From contig CP060262.1 of the NCBI GenBank assembly GCA_022646745.1, forward strand, positions 3,240,001 to 3,272,000: a stretch of 32,000 nucleotides of DNA, in the 5' to 3' direction. Numbering within the stretch: position 1 is the first letter of the stretch; each line of letters begins with the position of its first letter. Made by a program: the position numbers and the translations under genes. Shown piece by piece: positions 1 through 8,365 of this stretch. Origin of the DNA: Planctomycetales bacterium. Lineage in GTDB: Bacteria > 4484-113 > JAFGCY01. Below the pieces are notes generated by a model, which worked only from the letters and a program-made list of their open reading frames with translations, did not search any database and was not told the origin of the DNA.

Positions 1-1
1 G

Positions 2-538
2 GATGACCAGCAGCATGAACTCTACAAGGAAGCAGAAATCGTGTATGCCGACAGCCTGAAGGCCAATGGGATTACCCGCACGAATAACTACGTTGAACTC
101 AGTGGTGGAATGGGTGGACAGCAGCCCGCCCTGATAGTCGAAGACGGCAGTGGTGTGGTATTGCCGCTGAAGAGCGTACAGGCCTACGCAGCTGAAGTGT
201 ACATCTGCTTTGCCTGGCCGGATTCAGGCAATCCGGTGCTCAGTCCGCTTTCTCCGGAGAGTGCTCCGGAGGAAGATCTCGTCAGCGGCTCGCAGCTCGT
301 GGGCACCTTCAGCACGATCAGTGCCGCAGCAGCAGTGCGCCCATCAGATGCAAATGAGGAGGATGGCGCCAGTACCAAGTCCGGCGAAGACAAGGGTTTT
401 CTTGGTGAGCTGGACCTGCAGAAGTACCTTCCTAAGTTCGAAATCGGCTACAAGATCCTCCTGCCGCTGGCGCTCCTTCTTGCAATTGCGGGCCTGGCAG
501 CACTGATCAGTGCCCGATCCCGGGATTTCAGGGGGTAG
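2..538 (+). CDS. 3' end of a larger ORF entering from the left edge; C-terminally membrane-anchored protein of unknown function
   Basis: The frame is open from nt 2, with no stop before the listed GTG at 41. An acidic/Ser-rich linker is followed by one hydrophobic helix (ILLPLALLLAIAGLAALI) and a basic tail (SARSRDFRG). No family recognised. Confidence 0.5.
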   Translation, partial: DDQQHELYKEAEIVYADSLKANGITRTNNYVELSGGMGGQQPALIVEDGSGVVLPLKSVQAYAAEVYICFAWPDSGNPVLSPLSPESAPEEDLVSGSQLVGTFSTISAAAAVRPSDANEEDGASTKSGEDKGFLGELDLQKYLPKFEIGYKILLPLALLLAIAGLAALISARSRDFRG

Positions 539-1031
539 GATCAAGATCGCGCGGATTCTGGATGGCAATCACCTTGAAGTCGCCGTGCATGATCTCTGAC
601 CAGCTTTTCTTCGTTGTCTTTAGGATGGCCAGGCTGCAGGTCTTGAGCACAGTGTCATAGCTATCCGTCAACTCATCTACAAGATTTTCAAGCGCAGGAT
701 TGTGACCCACGAGCAGGACCGTATCATAGCTGTCGTCGAGAGCCATGATCATGTCCAACATGTCCGCAGAGTATGCGCCATACATGTGCTCGTTCTCATC
801 CATCTCAGGATTGCCGCAGCGACTGGCAACATTTCGTGCAGTTCCCAGCGCACGTGCTGCAATGCTGCTGATGATCAGGTCCGGCTTCATTCCCTTCCGT
901 GAGATGAAATCTCCCATGACCAGCGAGTTGCTCTCACCGCGCTCGGTGAGCACCCTGTCGAAATCAGCCTTATCCACGCTCTCAGCCGGCTCAGCCTTGC
1001 CGTGCCTGAGAACGAGCAACGTCTTTGCCAT
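528..1031 (-). CDS. sixA: SixA-type phosphohistidine phosphatase (histidine phosphatase superfamily)
   Basis: N-terminal LVLRHGKA (RHG catalytic motif) and LLVGHNP motif; about 165 aa, typical of SixA. SD GAGGTG lies just upstream of ATG 1031; the TTG at 1034 is one codon upstream. Confidence 0.8.
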   Translation of the reverse strand: MAKTLLVLRHGKAEPAESVDKADFDRVLTERGESNSLVMGDFISRKGMKPDLIISSIAARALGTARNVASRCGNPEMDENEHMYGAYSADMLDMIMALDDSYDTVLLVGHNPALENLVDELTDSYDTVLKTCSLAILKTTKKSWSEIMHGDFKVIAIQNPRDLDPTP

Positions 1032-1091
1032 CAATCACCTCTCATTCCTTCCACCGTACGGCGGCACTCGGTCTCCTTTAGAATAGTCAGC

Positions 1092-2705
1092 GTGTTGGTC
1101 GCCTATCTAGCGATTTTAGCATTCTACGGATGGCTGATGATCAGCCGCCGCTTGACCGCCACGATCGCCATCCCACTGTGTGCCTTCAGCATCGCCATGC
1201 TGGCGATGATACCTGTTGCCGCTTCCGGCGGTCTACTGTCCTACGGGAACGCAATCCTCAGGGAAGTGCTCCAGCCCGGCATTGGCCTACTGTCCAACTG
1301 GGTTTTCGCGGTGATCCTCGGTGCAGTGATCGCCGCTCAGTTGCGCATCAGCGGGGCCGCTGAGCGGCTGGTGCGCTACACGGCTGAGTATGCAGGTGAA
1401 GATCGTTTCCGGCTTGGCCTCAGCATACTGATCATCATTGCAGTGCTATTCACGACACTTGGCGGACTAGGGGCAGTGATCCTCGTGGCTTCCATCTGCC
1501 TTCCCGTGCTGTTCAGCCTGGGCATAGAGCGCAGGGTGGCCGGCGGGATCTTCCTTCTCGGGCTGAGCCTTGGCGGCGCGTTGAACCCTACCAACTGGCA
1601 GGGCTACCAGCAGATCCTCACAGGCGACAGCATTCCCGAAGCACTAAGGCTCGACCTCTCCGATGTGATCCGCTTCGGAGTCGTGATGGCTGGGCTGTTC
1701 CTGCTGGTCAGCGTCTTCTACCTGCTCAGGACGCTCAGCTCCAGCACAGACAGCCTGCGGCACATCACTGGCCTGGCCGCTTTCCTCGCCTGCCTCGGAA
1801 TTGGGGCCTGGGGAATTTCTGGTTCATCCGCTGCAACTGCAGTATTCCTGCAAGGCCTGCACTGGCTGCTGTCCGGACTGCTGATCTTGCTGCTTGCCAT
1901 GCTGGTTCTTCGTCTGATCCTGCTGTTCCTCGATTCCCCCGCAGACTCCTGGACCGCAAGGACTGATAACTGGCTGGCTGCGGCCAGCCTGCTGCTTCCG
2001 ATCCTATTGCTGCTCTGGTCCGCCAGCATCAAGGCCGTTTTTGACTTCAGTACGCAAGGCCTCAACCCGGAGGAAATGCCCCCTGCCCCGATGAGCATCG
2101 ACATACTTGCGGCATTGAGCCTCGGGATCATCTTCTGTGCGCTCAGCACAGTCACAAGGAGGGGCAAGGCCATCAACCAGCTGATGCAGGCGCTGTTTGA
2201 AGGGGTCCAGATGGCTGCACCGGCAGTGATCCTGCTGATCGGGATCGGGATCCTGCTCAAGGCCACGCGGCTGGATGCTGTCACCGCAGTGTTTGAGCCG
2301 ATGTTCAACTGGCTCCCGATCAGTACACCGGTAACCTTTGTTGCGACATTCTTCCTGCTGAGCCCCCTTGCGCTCTACCGCGGCCCGCTCAACCTGTATG
2401 GGATGGGCATCACGATAATGGGTATATTAACGGGAGCAGGTGTGCTGCATGGCAGTCTGATCATGGCCGCATTCTTCTCCGTTGGAATGCTGCAGGGAGT
2501 TTGTGATCCGACGAATACGCACAATGTCTGGATTGCGAATTTCTGCAAGGTGCCGGTCAATGAGCTGACCCGTCTGCTGTTTCCCTGGGTTTCCATTATA
2601 GTTTTACTGGGTCTGCTTGCGGGAGCGACGATGTTCCATGCAGACTTCTCCGGTATCCAGGTGCTTACGGTGCCGCCGGTGGAATCTTTAGTGCCTGTAA
2701 ATTAG
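1092..2705 (+). CDS. Large polytopic integral membrane protein, putative permease (family not recognised)
   Basis: The ORF is hydrophobic almost throughout, with many TM-like segments (IAIPLCAFSIAMLAMIPVAA, LLILLLAMLVLRLILLFL, and others). The track start at 1002 would overlap sixA. GTG 1092 (TAGAAT box 7 nt upstream) or ATG 1137 are more plausible starts. Confidence 0.7.
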   Translation: MLVAYLAILAFYGWLMISRRLTATIAIPLCAFSIAMLAMIPVAASGGLLSYGNAILREVLQPGIGLLSNWVFAVILGAVIAAQLRISGAAERLVRYTAEYAGEDRFRLGLSILIIIAVLFTTLGGLGAVILVASICLPVLFSLGIERRVAGGIFLLGLSLGGALNPTNWQGYQQILTGDSIPEALRLDLSDVIRFGVVMAGLFLLVSVFYLLRTLSSSTDSLRHITGLAAFLACLGIGAWGISGSSAATAVFLQGLHWLLSGLLILLLAMLVLRLILLFLDSPADSWTARTDNWLAAASLLLPILLLLWSASIKAVFDFSTQGLNPEEMPPAPMSIDILAALSLGIIFCALSTVTRRGKAINQLMQALFEGVQMAAPAVILLIGIGILLKATRLDAVTAVFEPMFNWLPISTPVTFVATFFLLSPLALYRGPLNLYGMGITIMGILTGAGVLHGSLIMAAFFSVGMLQGVCDPTNTHNVWIANFCKVPVNELTRLLFPWVSIIVLLGLLAGATMFHADFSGIQVLTVPPVESLVPVN

Positions 2706-2714
2706 GTGGACAAC

Positions 2715-4304
2715 ATGAGCAAGCTGTTGACGAGACTGATCCCCCTGCTGGCCCTGCTGTGGGTCGCGAGCTGTGCCGGTTCCACAGCACCGGACAATCT
2801 CGGACCAGATCCTAGAGAAGGCCTCAACGACCTGGACTTCGAGCTGGTGACTGATCCTGACAGCAATATCAGCAGCAGTGAGGTGGAAGGCTGGCTCACC
2901 ACCACATCGGATGCCCAGAATGCCCGCAATTTCAGCGCGGCAAGCAGCCAGGTATCGCTCGATGATTTCCAATTCCTGCAGGGCATGTACTTCGAACCGT
3001 CCAGCACCCCCGGCAGCGGCTTCAGTGGTCGGCTGAGTGTGCGCATCCAGAACGGTGCATTCGCCAACAACACATTCGAGAATGTGCTCCTGTTCCTGTT
3101 TTGGGTCAACCCCTCAACCAAGGAACTGAGCTTGATAGACAGCTCCCGCGGTCGCAAGGGCAACTGGTTTGATTTCGACATCAACGCTCTTGGTCACATG
3201 CTCATAGCCGAGAACACGACCATACCGAGACCGGGAGAGAACTTCCGCGTCAGTGCATTCGCAGACCAGGCGGCCACCGGCACCGGCACCGTGATCAACT
3301 TCTATGCAATTCCTGAGAATGGCGTTGCCCCTATTATGTACAGCTGGGACATGGGTGACGGAACCCAGCTCAGCGGCGACTCGGTTTCCCACAGCTATAA
3401 CAGCCCGGGCAGCTACAACGTGACCCTTAATGCATTCGACGGCGCGGGAAGTGAGGCTCCGACGATCAGTACCCCGATCGATATCACCAGCTCCGCACCG
3501 CCTCTGGAGGGCCTGGACGGCCAGTCCCTACCCAGCACGGGTGACGACCTGACCTTCACCTTCAGTGCCACAGTCACCGGCGGCCGGGCTCCGTTCAGCT
3601 ACGAGTGGGACTTCGATGGTGACGGTACTACCGACAGCACCGATGCCGCTCCAGTTGATTTCACTTTCGACAACTATGGCTTCTACATCGGCACCCTCAA
3701 GATCACGGACCAGAACGGGGATTCGATCACGACCGAGATCGTGTCGGATGCCCGCCGGATCGACATCTCTGTTGACCAGTCCAGCGTTGACCTAGGCACC
3801 GCCTTTGGTTTCACTGTGGATGCCCAGGGCCTCGATGTGTCCGATGACGTGCTCGTCGACATGGATGATGGCAATGTGCTCACCAATCCTGGAGTAACTT
3901 TCAGCTACACCCATTCCCTGCCCGGCACATACGTCGTTCGTGCCACGGCAGAACGCACATTTGAGGGAACCGTTTACACGGTTGAGAGCAACGAACTGAC
4001 GCTGACCGTATTCGCGGTACCACAGCCCGTAATCACGGACTTCACGCCGAAGGAGTCGCCTATCGGCGGCCGGGTCCTGATCGCCGGCCTGCAGTTCGGT
4101 ACACAGGAAGCAAATGACCAGGTACTGCTAAACGGCCTGCCGATGACAGTGATAAGCTGGACTGATACCCTGATCGAGATCGAGATTGCGGATGGAGCCA
4201 CTGACGGAAGCTTCATCGTCCGCAAGGACCGGGACAGCAACCCCAGCGATCCGATCAACATCATTCCCGGTCCGCCGGACAACCCCGGTGGCCAGCAGAC
4301 CTGA
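2715..4304 (+). CDS. Secreted lipoprotein with PKD-like repeats and a C-terminal IPT/TIG-like module
   Basis: SD AGGTGG lies 5 nt before ATG 2715. Signal peptide with lipobox LLWVAS-C. Three PKD-like repeats (YSWDMGDG...SHSYNSPGSYNVTL; FSYEWDFDGDG...; VDMDDGN...FSYTHSLPGTYVV). The C-terminal module PVITDFTP...GSFIVRKD...INIIPGPP is homologous to the C-terminus of the next gene. Confidence 0.85.
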   Translation: MSKLLTRLIPLLALLWVASCAGSTAPDNLGPDPREGLNDLDFELVTDPDSNISSSEVEGWLTTTSDAQNARNFSAASSQVSLDDFQFLQGMYFEPSSTPGSGFSGRLSVRIQNGAFANNTFENVLLFLFWVNPSTKELSLIDSSRGRKGNWFDFDINALGHMLIAENTTIPRPGENFRVSAFADQAATGTGTVINFYAIPENGVAPIMYSWDMGDGTQLSGDSVSHSYNSPGSYNVTLNAFDGAGSEAPTISTPIDITSSAPPLEGLDGQSLPSTGDDLTFTFSATVTGGRAPFSYEWDFDGDGTTDSTDAAPVDFTFDNYGFYIGTLKITDQNGDSITTEIVSDARRIDISVDQSSVDLGTAFGFTVDAQGLDVSDDVLVDMDDGNVLTNPGVTFSYTHSLPGTYVVRATAERTFEGTVYTVESNELTLTVFAVPQPVITDFTPKESPIGGRVLIAGLQFGTQEANDQVLLNGLPMTVISWTDTLIEIEIADGATDGSFIVRKDRDSNPSDPINIIPGPPDNPGGQQT

Positions 4305-4335
4305 TGCGCTGAGGCTCATCCTGAACCTGCTGCTG

Positions 4336-4344
4336 TGCTAGAAT
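4336..4344 (+). promoter_or_regulatory. Candidate extended -10 promoter element (TGCTAGAAT) for the second lipoprotein gene
   Basis: TGnTAGAAT sits in the 85-nt spacer, about 45 nt upstream of the start. The identical 9-mer occurs upstream of uppP. Confidence 0.35.
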
Positions 4345-4389
4345 CAGCCTGGGCCGCGGTGCAGTCCGCTGCCACTAAACGGAGCTCTG

Positions 4390-5724
4390 TTGAAGCACAT
4401 GAAGGTTCTGCGGAATTTCTACCTGGCGGCTATCTCCGCCTCTGTCACGCTGGCTGCATCCTGCGGCGGCGGTACATCCCAGCCGGTCGCTGGGCAGCCC
4501 CTGCCTGAGCTTTCGCTCAAGGTCTATGAGGAGAGCTTCCTTGGTGGTGAGGATTCCGCACGCTTTACCCTGAGCAGTACTGATCGAGGCAACATGGTAG
4601 AAAGCACACTGCATGTTGCCAGTGCTGACAACCTTCGCGCCTTGTGCATCGAATTGTCGTACGACCCGGACCTCTATACTCCTGTTGCCATTCGGAGAAG
4701 CGACCGCCTCGAGCGTGTCCTGCCAGACAGCGGACTGCTTGAGCTGGAGAAGCTCAGCATCCCTGGCACGATTCATTATGCCCACATGCAGCCGCTCAGC
4801 AGTGCCGGACTGGACGGCGAGGCGGACCTGCTCACGGTGAGCTTCCGTCGGCAGGCGATGTCCGGTGAGCGCAGTACCAGTGCACCGCCCAAGGCGGCTC
4901 ATTCCGTTCCCGAACTCAAGGGCAGCATCCTCACGGGCCAGCTGGAGTGGTACTACCGCAACCGTGGTGACTACGACCAGAACGGCGAGGTGAATGTGGC
5001 TGACATCACCCAGCTGGGTGTGAAGCTGAACACTGTGAGTGAAACTCCGGGTGAATCCTTCGACATTGCCAGCGTGGAATGGCAGGTCGATGGCGATGAG
5101 AATGGCAACATCAACATCAGCGACATCACTCCGCTCGGAGCCAACATCGGCAACAGCGTGAGCGGCGGCTACAACATCTATACCAGCGATTCCGAGTCGG
5201 ATTATCCTGCGACCGGCGGTGCGAACGGCGCCGGATCCACCTTTATCGGCACCCTGGGCGGTGTCCCTCCCCTCTCCGAAGCTTTCAATTTCACCACAAA
5301 GAGCACGGAACACCTGCGCTTTGTATTTGAGCTGCCTGACCCTCTTCCCGGCGTGTACTACTGGGTCCGTCCGACAGACGGCGCCAGTGAGGGCATCCCG
5401 AGCACTATGGCTGGTCCACTCAGCGTTGAGAACATCCCGCTCCCGGTGATCTCCGGCATTGACAAGCAGGATGTAGTGGTTGGCGAGACCATCGTTGTCA
5501 CAGGAACCGGCTTTGGCATCAAGGACGGCGATGACAAGATCACACTCAATGACCTTGAACTTGAGGTCGTCGGCTGGACTGATACGCAGATCACAGCAAA
5601 GATTCCCGTGGGTGCCGGTGATGGTCCGCTGGTCGTGGCGACCCTGCGCACGTCTGATCCGAGCACTGACCAGATAAACGTAATCCCTGCCACTCCCGGT
5701 GCTCCGACAGGCAATACGGTCTAG
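4390..5724 (+). CDS. Secreted lipoprotein with cohesin-like module, dockerin-like double Ca-loop and C-terminal IPT/TIG-like module
   Basis: GGAG lies 5 nt before TTG 4390 (ATG 4399 is an alternative start). Signal peptide with lipobox-like TLAAS-C. Cohesin-like segment LRALCIELSYDPDLYTPVAI. Two loops of pattern DxDxNGxxNxxD: DYDQNGEVNVAD (4969-5004) and DGDENGNINISD (5089-5124). C-terminal module PVISGIDKQ...GPLVVATL...INVIPATP. Confidence 0.85.
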   Translation: MKHMKVLRNFYLAAISASVTLAASCGGGTSQPVAGQPLPELSLKVYEESFLGGEDSARFTLSSTDRGNMVESTLHVASADNLRALCIELSYDPDLYTPVAIRRSDRLERVLPDSGLLELEKLSIPGTIHYAHMQPLSSAGLDGEADLLTVSFRRQAMSGERSTSAPPKAAHSVPELKGSILTGQLEWYYRNRGDYDQNGEVNVADITQLGVKLNTVSETPGESFDIASVEWQVDGDENGNINISDITPLGANIGNSVSGGYNIYTSDSESDYPATGGANGAGSTFIGTLGGVPPLSEAFNFTTKSTEHLRFVFELPDPLPGVYYWVRPTDGASEGIPSTMAGPLSVENIPLPVISGIDKQDVVVGETIVVTGTGFGIKDGDDKITLNDLELEVVGWTDTQITAKIPVGAGDGPLVVATLRTSDPSTDQINVIPATPGAPTGNTV

Positions 5725-5761
5725 CTTGCATGCCTGATCAATCGTCTAGAAGGCCACTTCA

Positions 5762-6595
5762 ATGACACTCGTGGCCCTGGCGGTCGGTCCCACACTGCTG
5801 CTGCTGCACTTCTTTTACGTCCGTGACCTGCACGAGCGTGAATCTCTTTCGCGCGTGCTCAAGGTGTTCTTCCTTGGCATGCTTAGCGTCGTACCGGCGA
5901 TCATCCTGGAGTCCTTCTATCACTTCCCCCCCGAAGCCGGCCTGCTGGGGATTGCCATTAACGCATTCCTGCTCGTGGCCCTGCCGGAGGAACTGAGCAA
6001 GCTCTGGCTGTTTCGCATGTCAGTGGAGAAGCACCGCAGCTACAACGAGGTCTACGACGGCATCATCTACATGGTTGCCATCAGCCTTGGATTTGCCACT
6101 GTTGAGAATCTTGCCTACGTTCTTGGCAGCGGCCAGGATGGGCTGGCGGTTGCGCTTATGCGGGCCGTGCTGGCAGTGCCTGGCCATACCCTGTGGGCTG
6201 TGATGATGGGCTACTACCTCGGGCTTTCACGCTTCGGGGCCACCAGGGCTAATCCCAGGCTGCTGATGTACATCGGCCTGATCATCGCAGTGTTCTGGCA
6301 TGGCCTGTATGACTTCTTCGCTTTCAGCATGGAAATCCTGCCGGAGAGCATGGGGTTTGCAATGCTGGGCTGCTGTTTGCTCGTGATCGTCATCAACTGG
6401 GTGATCGCCCTTGTGCTTGTCAGCCGCGCGCAACGTCTCAGCCACTTTCGCAGGCCGAGCCCGATCCAGAATCCGCTGCGGGCCTTCCGGCCGGGATGCC
6501 GCTACTGCCACAACTGCGGCAGCTGCAATCCGCTGTCAAACAACTTCTGCAACAACTGTGGACAGGCCCTGCGCCAGGGCAGCAGCGACGTGTAA
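5762..6595 (+). CDS. PrsW-family intramembrane protease with C-terminal zinc-ribbon
   Basis: Multi-TM protein with the PrsW signatures PEELSK (EExxK) and FWHGLYDF (HxxxD). C-terminal CRYCHNCGSC...FCNNCG zinc ribbon. Confidence 0.8.
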   Translation: MTLVALAVGPTLLLLHFFYVRDLHERESLSRVLKVFFLGMLSVVPAIILESFYHFPPEAGLLGIAINAFLLVALPEELSKLWLFRMSVEKHRSYNEVYDGIIYMVAISLGFATVENLAYVLGSGQDGLAVALMRAVLAVPGHTLWAVMMGYYLGLSRFGATRANPRLLMYIGLIIAVFWHGLYDFFAFSMEILPESMGFAMLGCCLLVIVINWVIALVLVSRAQRLSHFRRPSPIQNPLRAFRPGCRYCHNCGSCNPLSNNFCNNCGQALRQGSSDV

Positions 6596-6604
6596 TCGCC
6601 TGCC

Positions 6605-7129
6605 CTAACTGTTGCGCTTCAGCTTGAGCTTGCCATCCTCTTCAAACGCCTTATCACTGTAGTCCTTAAGCGGTTTGCGGGACGGACGCTTGAGCACTTC
6701 CCCATCCAGACCGTACTCACTGCCATGACAGGGGCAGACAAAGCGGTCCATGCCTGAAGTGAATTCGATCGTGCACTTGAGATGGGTGCAGGTGGCACCC
6801 TTGATGATCCAGCGGCCGGTATCTGCATTGACCTTCTCCCAGCGGACGAAGATCTTCTCGTCCTCCTGCTGGTTGCCAAGGCTGTCCAGGAACACGGCCT
6901 TAACCAGCACCGGCTCCTTCTCATTGAGGTCCTTCACCTTGCCGAGATCCGCGGTCCACTCACCCTTGGCAGCAGCATCTATTTCCTTCTGGCTGGGCTG
7001 ATCCTTGTTATCCTTCGGGTTTTCAGGTTCCTGCGCATGCGCTGCACCATTTCTTGCCAGGTCAACAAGGCTGATGCCGGCTGCCAGCAGTCCGGCCTTC
7101 TGCAGGAACTCACGTCTGTCTTCGCTCAT
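6605..7129 (-). CDS. Tat-exported Rieske [2Fe-2S] protein (bc1/b6f-type iron-sulfur subunit-like)
   Basis: Twin-arginine signal MSEDRREFLQKAGLLAAG...AHA. Rieske boxes CTHLKC and CPCHGS. SD GAGGT lies 5 nt before ATG 7129. Confidence 0.85.
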   Translation of the reverse strand: MSEDRREFLQKAGLLAAGISLVDLARNGAAHAQEPENPKDNKDQPSQKEIDAAAKGEWTADLGKVKDLNEKEPVLVKAVFLDSLGNQQEDEKIFVRWEKVNADTGRWIIKGATCTHLKCTIEFTSGMDRFVCPCHGSEYGLDGEVLKRPSRKPLKDYSDKAFEEDGKLKLKRNS

Positions 7130-7186
7130 CGTCTACCTCAAATCGTGGATTGCATATCACACGACCCATTCCCAATACTTATTCGG

Positions 7187-8309
7187 CTACGCCTCGCGCT
7201 GCTTTCGCATCCAGCGCAATCCTGCCCAGATGAATTCTGACAGGTCTCCATCAAGTGTCTTCTGTGTATTGCTCGTTTCCATTCCCGTGCGGAGGTCCTT
7301 GATCATCTGGTACGGGTGCAGCACATAGTTGCGGATCTGGTTACCCCAGGCAATCTCGGACTGCACTCCACGCAGGTCTTCCACTCTTTCCTTGTGCAAC
7401 TCCAGCATCAGAGCCACCAGCTTGCTCTTCAGTTGCAGCATGGCAACATCTCGATTCTGGTGCTGGCTGCGTTGATTCTGGCATGACACGACTATGCCAG
7501 TCGGCACATGTGTCAGACGTACCGCGGAGTTCGTCTTGTTCACGTGCTGCCCACCAGCGCCGCTAGCCCGGAATACATCCATGCGGATGTCGTCCTCGTT
7601 GATCTCCACATCCAGGTTGGCGGGGATTTCAGGAATCACGCCGACATTGGCAAAACTGGTATGCCGCTTATGTGCATTATCAAAAGGAGACAGGCGGACC
7701 AGTCTGTGCACACCATTTTCCACCTTCATGTAACCGAAGGCATGCCGACCGCTGACGCGGAAGTTGATCATCTGCACACCTGCTTCCTCAGCCCGCCTTT
7801 CATCGAGAACGTCAATCTCGAGACGCTCGGAACGCGCCCACATGCTGTACATGCGAAACAGCATTTCTGCGAAGTCAGCCGAGTCAACCCCGCCGGCTCC
7901 GGCCTGGATGCTGACAATAGCGGGCTGGTTGTCGTACTCGCCATCAAGCAGGGATTCAATTTCGAGTCGGTCAAGCTTCCTCAACAGACCTGTCAGTTCC
8001 TCAACCAGTTCCCGATAGTCGCTACTGTCCTCCGCGACACCTTCTTCCTGGTAGATCTCCCAAAGGCCGTTAAGATCCTCCAATGACTGGTTGGCTTCAT
8101 CGAAAGAATCAACCACGCCACCAAGCGAACTTATCTCCTGGCTGACTTCAGCAGAAAGCTTGTGGTCATCCCAGAATCCTGGCTCCTCTCGCCTGGCAAA
8201 CAGCTCCTGCAGCCGCGATCGTCGTGCTTCGACGTCAAAGATACCTCCGCATTTCTGCGATGAGATCAGCTGCCTTTGCCAGTTCCTGGCGGATTTCATG
8301 GGGTTGCAT
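7187..8309 (-). CDS. prfB: Peptide chain release factor 2, with programmed +1 ribosomal frameshift
   Basis: SPF tripeptide (RLSPFD) and GGQ motif (SGAGGQHVNKT). Frame 0 starts at ATG 8309 (MQPHEIRQELAKAADLIAEMRRYL) and hits TGA at 8237-8235. The +1 frame then continues as DVEARRSRLQELF... to the stop at 7187. Confidence 0.95.
8234..8250 (-). promoter_or_regulatory. prfB: RF2 autoregulatory +1 frameshift site with internal SD-like stimulator
   Basis: The minus strand reads GCGGAGGTAT CTT TGA C. This is the slippery CTT plus in-frame TGA followed by C, with GGAGG 3 nt upstream. It is the same architecture as the E. coli prfB site. Confidence 0.9.
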
Positions 8310-8316
8310 GAGGCTA

Positions 8317-8322
8317 ATTATA
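8317..8322 (-). promoter_or_regulatory. Candidate -10 box (TATAAT) 7 nt upstream of the prfB ATG
   Basis: Perfect TATAAT on the minus strand, followed by TAGCCTC and then ATG 8309. No SD. A second TATAAT on the plus strand (8348-8353) faces the histidine kinase gene. Confidence 0.4.
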
Positions 8323-8365
8323 TCCGCGCCGCAGGCTGGTCTGTCGTTATAATAAGTCGCAATCG

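Noticed and set aside
1002-1091. Start of the permease ORF at 1002
   Set aside because: It would overlap the sixA 5' end and its SD by more than 30 nt on the opposite strand, and would add a non-hydrophobic, Arg/Ser-rich leader. Downstream GTG 1092 or ATG 1137 fit better.
4375-5313. 312-aa ORF antisense to the second lipoprotein gene. Similar long antisense ORFs lie at 10475-11374, 13290-14060, 14971-15564, 15760-16377, 16250-17044, 23911-25017, 24402-25247 and 28023-28823.
   Set aside because: They are fully embedded opposite genes with strong family signatures. Their composition is Arg/Ala/Ser/Pro/Gly-rich and low in complexity, as expected for shadow frames in GC-rich DNA where stop codons are rare. 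No motifs, no SD and no promoter context.
8235-8299. Track N-terminus of prfB (MKSARNWQRQLISSQKCGG...)
   Set aside because: It is the +1 frame read upstream of the programmed frameshift site. The genuine N-terminus is in frame 0 from ATG 8309.
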